Below, in pieces: positions 57,466 through 64,000 of a DNA stretch of 64,000 nt. Made by a program: the position numbers and the translations under genes. The stretch comes from Spirochaetia bacterium. Lineage in GTDB: Bacteria; Spirochaetota; Spirochaetia; DSM-2461. Below the pieces are notes generated by a model. The model was not told the DNA's origin. It did not search any database and worked only from the letters and a program-made list of their open reading frames with translations. The DNA lies in the NCBI GenBank assembly GCA_963668315.1, contig OY764216.1, positions 1,760,001 to 1,824,000 on the forward strand. Direction: 5' to 3'. How positions within the stretch are numbered: position 1 is the first letter of the stretch; the number at the start of each line of letters is the position of its first letter.

Positions 57466-59088
57466 ATGAAGAAAGTACTGATCGTACTCATGGCGCTGTT
57501 AATGGTATTCAGCCTTGCCGCGAACGGAAAGTCCGATAGCGACAGTTCCGCCAAAGGCGAATTCACTGAATTCATTGTCAACAACTTAGCCGAACCCGAA
57601 TCTCTGGATCCCCACAAAATCACGGGAGTTCCCGAGCACAACCTCTACCAGGCTCTTTTTGAAGGTCTGATTTCCTTCGACCCCAAAACGGGTCGCGGTA
57701 TTCCCGGTATCGCCGAGAGCTGGGATATCACGAACGGTGGAAAGACCTATACCTTCCACCTCCGTGATGCCGTATGGAGTGATGGAGTAGCTATCACGGC
57801 TCAGACTGTATACGATTCCTGGATCCGCGGTCTTGATCCCGAAACAGCCAACCCCTACGCCTGGTTCCCCAATATGTTTATCGCCGGTGCCGCCGAATTC
57901 AACGGTGGAGAGGCCGGTCCCGATGCCGTACAGATCAAAGTTATCGATGACAAAACCTTCGAGATGGACCTTGTCGGTCCTCTTCCCTATGTTATCGACG
58001 CTCTGGCCCACTACGCCTTCGCCATCGTCCCCATGCATGTCATCAACGAATTCGGCAGCGACTGGATCAAACCGGAAAACTTTGTTTCCGACGGTCCCTT
58101 CGTTCTCGATACCTGGGTTCCTCAGCAGGAACTGACCGTTGTTCCCAACGACAAGTACTGGGACAAAGACGCCGTTCAGCTCGACAAAATCACCTATCTT
58201 CCCATCGTGGATGACAATACCGGTTTCAATATGTATATGAACGGCGAGCTCGACTGGAGTGAGGAAGTGCCCCTCGACCAGATGGACGCCGTTTCCAGCG
58301 AGCCTTTCTACAAGAACGCTCCCTACCTGGGAACCTACTACTATCTGCTTGAAACCCAGACTCCTCCCTTTGACAATGTCAAGGTAAGACAGGCTCTTAA
58401 CCTCGCCTTCGACAGAGAGACTATCGTGAAGAAGATCACCAAGGGTGGTCAGATTCCCGCTTACTCCATGGTTCCCCCCATGGACGGCTATCCCTCTCTC
58501 ATCGATCCCGAAACTCAGGACCTGGCATCCAACATCGCCAAGGCAAAAGAGCTTCTCGCCGAAGCCGGATACCCCAATGGTGAAGGCTGGCCCGAAGGCA
58601 TCGAGATTCTCTACAATACCAGCGAAGCTCACAAGAAGATCGCCGAGTATATTCAGGAACAGTGGAAAGTCAATCTGGGCATTGATGTAACTCTTGTCAA
58701 CATGGAGTGGAAAACCTACCTCCAGCAGAGAAGAGAGCACAACTTCCAGATCTCCCGTTCCGGATGGATCGGAGACTATCCCGATCCCAACACCTTCCTG
58801 GACATGTTCCTCGCTCCCGAGACCATGGACGGAGAATGGGGCGGAAACTACGGACGCTACAAGAATGAGAAATTCGATTCCCTCATTGAGAAGGCTGCCA
58901 CCATGGACGCCGGAGCTGCCCGTTTCTCCACTCTGAAAGAGGCCGAAGAGATCTTTATCAATAAGGATCAGGCTCTGATCCCCATCTATTTCTATACGAC
59001 CAATCAGCTGATTGATACGGACGTATGGGGCGGTTGGTATCCCAATATCATGGACTACCATCCTCCCAAGTACATCTACAAGAAGTAG
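57466..59088 (+). CDS. oppA: Oligopeptide ABC substrate-binding protein
   Basis: EPESLDP, LFEGL, YTFHLR..WSDG, GPF, VRQAL, GWIGDYPDP. Confidence 0.92.
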   Translation: MKKVLIVLMALLMVFSLAANGKSDSDSSAKGEFTEFIVNNLAEPESLDPHKITGVPEHNLYQALFEGLISFDPKTGRGIPGIAESWDITNGGKTYTFHLRDAVWSDGVAITAQTVYDSWIRGLDPETANPYAWFPNMFIAGAAEFNGGEAGPDAVQIKVIDDKTFEMDLVGPLPYVIDALAHYAFAIVPMHVINEFGSDWIKPENFVSDGPFVLDTWVPQQELTVVPNDKYWDKDAVQLDKITYLPIVDDNTGFNMYMNGELDWSEEVPLDQMDAVSSEPFYKNAPYLGTYYYLLETQTPPFDNVKVRQALNLAFDRETIVKKITKGGQIPAYSMVPPMDGYPSLIDPETQDLASNIAKAKELLAEAGYPNGEGWPEGIEILYNTSEAHKKIAEYIQEQWKVNLGIDVTLVNMEWKTYLQQRREHNFQISRSGWIGDYPDPNTFLDMFLAPETMDGEWGGNYGRYKNEKFDSLIEKAATMDAGAARFSTLKEAEEIFINKDQALIPIYFYTTNQLIDTDVWGGWYPNIMDYHPPKYIYKK

Positions 59089-59114
59089 TTACAGGCTGAT
59101 CGTATGATCAGCGA

Positions 59115-59140
59115 CGGGGGAGAGGTCCGCCTCTCCCCCG
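59115..59140 (+). promoter_or_regulatory. Intercistronic hairpin between oppA and oppB
   Basis: CGGGGGAGAGG-TCCG-CCTCTCCCCCG perfect 11-bp stem. Confidence 0.6.
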
Positions 59141-59196
59141 ATCTTTGTGTTCCGGGCAATTCTCTTTGCACCGGAAAATTTAATATAGGATTTTAT

Positions 59197-60129
59197 ATGG
59201 TACGTTATTTATTGCGTAGTTTTCTGGGTATGGTTCTTACCCTCTTTGTTACGATTACTCTGACTTTTTTTATAGTCAGAGCCGCTCCGGGCGGTCCCTA
59301 CGATATGGAAAGGGTGCTTCCTCCCGAAGTGAAAGCGAATATTGAAGCAAAATATCACCTTAACGATCCGCTGGTAAAACAGTATTACGATTACATGACC
59401 GACATCATTTTCCGGTTTGATCTGGGTGACTCTTTTACATATAATGACAGAAGCGTGAATTACTATATATTCACTTCTCTTCCCCACTCAATGATTCTTG
59501 GTTTCGTTGCTCTGGCATTATCTACCGTATTGGGAATAGGAGCCGGTATTATTTCGGCGATAAAGCAGAACCGGTGGCAGGACTATCTGTCCATGTCCGT
59601 CGCGGTTATAGGAATCTCCATTCCCCTTTTTGTTATCGGACCCCTGCTCATGTATATTTTCGCCATGAAGCTGAAGTGGCTCCCCACATCGGGATGGATT
59701 AACGGGAGAAACGGCTGGGTTACCATTATCATGCCCGTCGTGACCCTTTCCTTTCCCTATTTCGCCCGTATCGCCCGTCTTTCCAGGGCCAGTGTCCTGG
59801 AAGTTCTCAAGAGCGATTACATAAGAACGGCCCGTGCAAAGGGACTTTCTTCGGGTGTTATCATCTTCAAGCATGTACTCAAGGGATCTCTGCTGCCCGT
59901 CGTCAGTTATCTCGGACCAGCCTTTGCCGCCATCATGACCGGGTCTCTTGTTGTTGAGCAGATTTTCCGGGTTCCCGGAATGGGATCCTATTTTACCCGA
60001 TCCGCTTTGAACAGGGACTATACCCTGCTTATGGGGGCGATGATCGTATATTCCATTATTTTGATTGTTATGAATTTTATTGTAGATATCGTTTATTCCG
60101 TTCTTGATCCGAGGGTTAGTTATGAGTGA
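59197..60129 (+). CDS. oppB: Oligopeptide ABC permease
   Basis: APGGP, YIRTARAKGL (EAA loop), VVEQIF, RDY, DPR. Confidence 0.93.
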   Translation: MVRYLLRSFLGMVLTLFVTITLTFFIVRAAPGGPYDMERVLPPEVKANIEAKYHLNDPLVKQYYDYMTDIIFRFDLGDSFTYNDRSVNYYIFTSLPHSMILGFVALALSTVLGIGAGIISAIKQNRWQDYLSMSVAVIGISIPLFVIGPLLMYIFAMKLKWLPTSGWINGRNGWVTIIMPVVTLSFPYFARIARLSRASVLEVLKSDYIRTARAKGLSSGVIIFKHVLKGSLLPVVSYLGPAFAAIMTGSLVVEQIFRVPGMGSYFTRSALNRDYTLLMGAMIVYSIILIVMNFIVDIVYSVLDPRVSYE

Positions 60130-61186
60130 AGCAACTAATGAATTCAACCAGCCTATCAAGGGCAACAGTCTGGGCGCCGATGCGTGGAGACGTCTGAAGA
60201 AGAATCATATGGCTTTCATAAGCTTCTTCATCGTAGTCTTTTATGTTCTCGTTTCAATCTTCGCTCCCGTGCTGCCCATTCACTCCTATACCTCGCAGAA
60301 TCTGGATCATCAGAATCTTCCCCCCTCATTCAAGACGGCCGACAAGGTCATGGTCAATGTGGAGATCAGGAAGATTGAGAAGATCATGAAGAGGGACGGC
60401 CGCACGGAGATGTCCGCCGATGAGCTCGCCTCCTTGGACGAGTTCCGCGAGGAGGTAGCCAATGCGAGAGTCATGCGTGACGGCGTTGAGGTGAATCCCA
60501 ACAAAATACGGTACATCTTCGGTACGGACGATCTGGGGCGTGACCTCCTGGCCCGCGTTATCTACGGCGGCCAGATTTCCATAGCCATTGGATTTATCGG
60601 AACCCTGACGGCCGTTCTCATAGGAATCCTGGTGGGTTCCATTGCCGGTTATGTGGGCGGACGGGTGGATTTCTTCCTCATGAGACTGGTCGATCTCCTC
60701 TACGGTATGCCCTATATCTTCATCGTTATTATCATACTGGCCTTGTTCGGCGGTAATATCATGGCCCTGTTTTTTGCCCTGTCCTTTGTCAGCTGGCTGA
60801 CCACTTCCCGGGTTGTTAGGGGACAGATTATCTCCCTTAAGAACTCGCTGTTTGTAGAGGCCGCCCGTTCCATGGGAGCCTCTTCGGGGCGTATTATCAT
60901 CCAGCACTTACTGCCTAACAGTTTTGGTATTATCATTGTCTTCGCCACGCTGCAGATTCCCTCCTTCATCATGCAGGAGTCCTTTCTCTCCTTCCTGGGA
61001 CTGGGTATCTCCGCTCCCTTCGCTTCCTGGGGATCCCTGATCAACGACGGTGTCGGCGGAATGACCAATTATCCCTGGCGTCTCTTTTTTCCCGCTCTGG
61101 CAATGACGGTCTTTCTGTTTGCCATGAACTTCCTGGGCGACGGTTTGCGCGATGCCTTTGATCCGCAGAGTAAGAATGAGCTTTAG
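60122..61186 (+). CDS. oppC: Oligopeptide ABC permease
   Basis: FGTDDLGRD, FVEAARSMGAS, ESFLSFLGLG, GDGLRDAFDP. Confidence 0.93.
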   Translation: MSEATNEFNQPIKGNSLGADAWRRLKKNHMAFISFFIVVFYVLVSIFAPVLPIHSYTSQNLDHQNLPPSFKTADKVMVNVEIRKIEKIMKRDGRTEMSADELASLDEFREEVANARVMRDGVEVNPNKIRYIFGTDDLGRDLLARVIYGGQISIAIGFIGTLTAVLIGILVGSIAGYVGGRVDFFLMRLVDLLYGMPYIFIVIIILALFGGNIMALFFALSFVSWLTTSRVVRGQIISLKNSLFVEAARSMGASSGRIIIQHLLPNSFGIIIVFATLQIPSFIMQESFLSFLGLGISAPFASWGSLINDGVGGMTNYPWRLFFPALAMTVFLFAMNFLGDGLRDAFDPQSKNEL

Positions 61187-61197
61187 GAGTACGAAGA

Positions 61198-62187
61198 ATG
61201 GCAGAAGATAAAGCAATATTAGAGGTAAAGAACCTCAAGACATATTTCAAGACCGACGCAGGCATCGTGAAAGCGGTGGACGGAGTGAATTTTACTCTTA
61301 AAAAAGGGGAAACTCTGGGCATCGTGGGTGAGTCCGGTTCGGGCAAATCGGTAACGAATCTTTCGGTTATGAAACTGATCCCCAGCCCTCCCGGAAAGAT
61401 TGTGGACGGGGAAGTGCTCATGAATGGTCAGAATATTCTGGAGATGAATAACAGACAGCTTTCCCATATCCGGGGAAACAAGATCTCCATGATTTTCCAG
61501 GACCCCATGACCTCCCTCAATCCTTTTCTCAAAATCTCCACCCAGATGATCGAGACGATTATGCTGCACCAGAAAATGGTGAAGGACGACGCGAGAAAAA
61601 GAGCTGTCGAGATGCTCAAGCTGGTGGGAATCCCCGCCCCTGAAAAGAGAATTGACGCCTATCCCCATCAGTTTTCCGGCGGTATGAGACAGAGAGTTAT
61701 GATCGCCATGGCGCTCAGCTGCAATCCCGAGGTCCTTATTGCCGACGAACCGACGACAGCCCTGGACGTTACCATCCAGGCCCAGATTCTTGAGCTTATC
61801 AATGAACTTTCCGATAAACTGGGGACGGCTGTTATCATGATTACCCATGACCTGGGTGTTGTCGCCGGTATGTGCGACCATGTCTGCGTCATGTACGCCG
61901 GCCGTATCGTGGAAAAAGCGGCCACTGATGATCTGTTCAAAGATCCGAAACATCCCTATACGGTGGGGCTGATAAAATCTGTCCCCCGTCTGGATCAGGG
62001 AAAGGATGAAGAGCTTTATTCCATCCAGGGACAGCCCCCCAACCTTATCGACCTTCCCGACTGCTGTCCCTTCCATCCCCGTTGCGAGAAAGCCAGTGAT
62101 ATCTGTCGCAGGCAGTATCCGCCGGAAACCGCCCTGGGCAGTGAGCGTTTTGTGCGCTGCTGGCTCTACAATGAGGAGAACAAGTAA
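61198..62187 (+). CDS. oppD: Oligopeptide ABC ATP-binding protein
   Basis: [33 protein letters not shown]-terminal Cys cluster. Confidence 0.94.
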   Translation: MAEDKAILEVKNLKTYFKTDAGIVKAVDGVNFTLKKGETLGIVGESGSGKSVTNLSVMKLIPSPPGKIVDGEVLMNGQNILEMNNRQLSHIRGNKISMIFQDPMTSLNPFLKISTQMIETIMLHQKMVKDDARKRAVEMLKLVGIPAPEKRIDAYPHQFSGGMRQRVMIAMALSCNPEVLIADEPTTALDVTIQAQILELINELSDKLGTAVIMITHDLGVVAGMCDHVCVMYAGRIVEKAATDDLFKDPKHPYTVGLIKSVPRLDQGKDEELYSIQGQPPNLIDLPDCCPFHPRCEKASDICRRQYPPETALGSERFVRCWLYNEENK

Positions 62188-63179
62188 TGGCAGAAGATAT
62201 GAATAAGGATGAAATCCTGCTGGAGGTCAGGGACCTGAAGCAGCATTTTCCCATCAAGCACTCACACAATGTTATCAGGGCTGTTGACGGCATCAGCTTC
62301 AGCTTGAAGAAAGGGGAAACCCTGGGACTGGTGGGTGAGTCGGGCTGCGGCAAATCCACCACGGCCCGGGCCATCAACTACCTTTACACGCCCACCTCAG
62401 GGGATATCGTTCTGGACGGCGTCAAGCTGACAGAGCTGTCCAAGAAAGAGATGGCGGCAGTCCGTAAGGATATGCAGATGGTTTTTCAGGATCCCTACGC
62501 CTCCCTGAATCCGAGAATGACAGTTAACCAGATAATTCTGGAGCCCCTTAAGATCAACAGGAACAGGGGCGTCATCAATATGACACCCCGCGAAATGGAT
62601 AAGAGAGTAGAGGAACTCATGGAGATCGTCGGTCTGGGAAGAAACCTCAAGAACCGCTTTCCCCATGAATTTTCCGGTGGACAGAGACAGCGTATCGGTA
62701 TCGCCCGGGCCCTGGCTCTGAATCCCAAGCTGATTCTGCTCGATGAACCCGTATCGGCTCTGGATGTTTCCATTCAGTCCCAGGTTCTGAATCTTCTGAC
62801 CAAACTTCAGAAGGAATTCGGTTTGACCTACCTGTTCATCGCCCATGACCTGGCCGTCGTGAAATATATCAGCGACCGGGTTGCCGTTATGTACCTGGGT
62901 AAGCTGGTGGAGGTATCCCCCTCGGCAGAGCTGTATGACAAACCGCTCCATCCCTATACACAGGCCCTGCTTTCAGCCGTTCCCATTCCCGATCCGGAAG
63001 TGGAAAAGACACGGCAGAGAATCATCCTGGAAGGGGACGTTCCCTCTCCCGATAAGGTTCAGAAAGGGTGTTATTTCTGCGAGCGCTGTCCCAAGGTCAT
63101 GGATAAATGCCGCAGCAACATACCGGAACTGAAAACCATAGAAGGAAAGCATCAGGTAGCCTGCTGGCTTTACGAATAG
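62187..63179 (+). CDS. oppF: Oligopeptide ABC ATP-binding protein
   Basis: [35 protein letters not shown]. Confidence 0.94.
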   Translation: MAEDMNKDEILLEVRDLKQHFPIKHSHNVIRAVDGISFSLKKGETLGLVGESGCGKSTTARAINYLYTPTSGDIVLDGVKLTELSKKEMAAVRKDMQMVFQDPYASLNPRMTVNQIILEPLKINRNRGVINMTPREMDKRVEELMEIVGLGRNLKNRFPHEFSGGQRQRIGIARALALNPKLILLDEPVSALDVSIQSQVLNLLTKLQKEFGLTYLFIAHDLAVVKYISDRVAVMYLGKLVEVSPSAELYDKPLHPYTQALLSAVPIPDPEVEKTRQRIILEGDVPSPDKVQKGCYFCERCPKVMDKCRSNIPELKTIEGKHQVACWLYE

Positions 63180-63194
63180 AAGAAACGGTCCGGT

Positions 63195-63701
63195 TTACGC
63201 CGGGCCGTCTTCATTTATAAGAAAGGGTACTTTCAGGAAGTCGGCTATGACCTCTCCCTTTTCCTGAAGTCTGACCGTATTCCTGTTTTTATCTATCATC
63301 AGGGTCTCTTCTGTTCCGTCGGCTAATATAAGTTTGACCAGTCCCTGTTCCGTCTGATACCATTTCCTGTCGGATCCGGGTTCTACGGGGCTGTTTTCGC
63401 CGCGGATAAAAGTCTTCAGCTGTACAGCCGACACATCTTCAGGCGAAATATCTCTTTTCTGCAGGGGGAGGGCAAAGAGGTAGAAGCGGAACGCTATCCG
63501 CTCCCCGGAAAAGAGCCAGCGCTCTCTGAATGTCAGCCCCGCGAGAAAGGCAAGTGTGACGAGAACGAGCCAGGCCGTTATCATCGTATTTGACCCCATA
63601 TACCACAGTGAAATGACCGTGGGAAGAGCAAAAGCGGCGTTCAGGACTCTGCCTGAACTGAGAATCAGGGCATCTTTCCTTTTTTTTAACTGATAATCCA
63701 T
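63195..63701 (-). CDS. Hypothetical membrane protein (2 TM + PH-like domain)
   Basis: Two hydrophobic segments followed by a beta-rich soluble domain. SD GAGGAG. Confidence 0.6.
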   Translation of the reverse strand: MDYQLKKRKDALILSSGRVLNAAFALPTVISLWYMGSNTMITAWLVLVTLAFLAGLTFRERWLFSGERIAFRFYLFALPLQKRDISPEDVSAVQLKTFIRGENSPVEPGSDRKWYQTEQGLVKLILADGTEETLMIDKNRNTVRLQEKGEVIADFLKVPFLINEDGPA

Positions 63702-63747
63702 CAATCGGACTCCTCATTTACCTGTTATGCATTATACTGATTATAGC

Positions 63748-64000
63748 ATGAAAAGAAATTTCCTTCTCCCGTGCCTGTTATTTTTCTTTTTCACTTCTCT
63801 CTCCTGGTCGCAGGAGTTCCTCGCCGAGCCATCGGTCAGAGTGAAAGGCGTGACCTATCTGATTTCTGAAAACAAATCTATCCGCGCGGGACTCACCCGG
63901 GAGCCTGCTCTCAGAAAATTCTATGATATCAATGTGGGAGACTACTTCGAATCCCGCGAGGAGCTGGAGAAAAAACTGGAACTGGTCACCAGGAATCTGA
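63748..64000 (+). CDS. Secreted POTRA-like domain protein (partial, runs off window)
   Basis: MKRNFLLPCLLFFFFTSLSWS signal, then VKGVTY...GLTREPALRK..I.VGD.F...EL, which resembles POTRA. No stop before the window end. Confidence 0.5.
   Translation, partial: MKRNFLLPCLLFFFFTSLSWSQEFLAEPSVRVKGVTYLISENKSIRAGLTREPALRKFYDINVGDYFESREELEKKLELVTRNL

Noticed and set aside
57586..59061. Long antisense ORFs (here 491 aa; also 6586-7878, 12011-13315, 22743-23867, 26368-27804, 47818-49146)
   Set aside because: Shadow frames opposite well-supported genes, expected from codon bias. No motifs or ribosome-binding sites.

Overview
A gene-dense chromosomal window with moderately high GC, most likely from a free-living anaerobic spirochaete (Spirochaetaceae-like). 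That assignment is inferred from gene content: stand-alone archaeal-type UMP kinase, CPA2-PTS EIIA fusion, long-form GlyA, 'LFANG' sugar-binding proteins and mcsA-mcsB-clpC-TPR. No mobile element, prophage, CRISPR array or rRNA was seen. It holds about 50 CDS: a sugar-sensing two-component cluster with a ChvE/MmsAB-type ABC importer, lon, gnd, an ABC-F ATPase, glyA, an atypical PRPP synthetase, nfeD with two SPFH genes, arcA, a GH2 beta-mannosidase with AraC regulator, three c-di-GMP phosphodiesterases, nfo, ribokinase, mcsAB-clpC, a porin-like protein, two atypical OmpR regulators, pyrH, an M18 aminopeptidase and oppABCDF. There are two tRNAs (Gly-GCC, Ala-GGC). Features missing from the ORF track are an RNase HII-like partial gene, a 54-aa ferredoxin and a POTRA-like partial gene. 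The best leads are: a ZMP/ZTP riboswitch before glyA, followed by a divergent PRPP synthetase; a porin with a TTACA repeat array next to two kinase-less atypical-receiver OmpR proteins; a 5-codon uORF/attenuator leader before the ABC-F gene; a Flavo-1-like structured RNA; an McsB with degenerate catalytic motifs; a (TTTCAGC)6 hairpin element; and a recurring leaderless promoter layout. All functional calls come from reading motifs by eye; no database searches were run.
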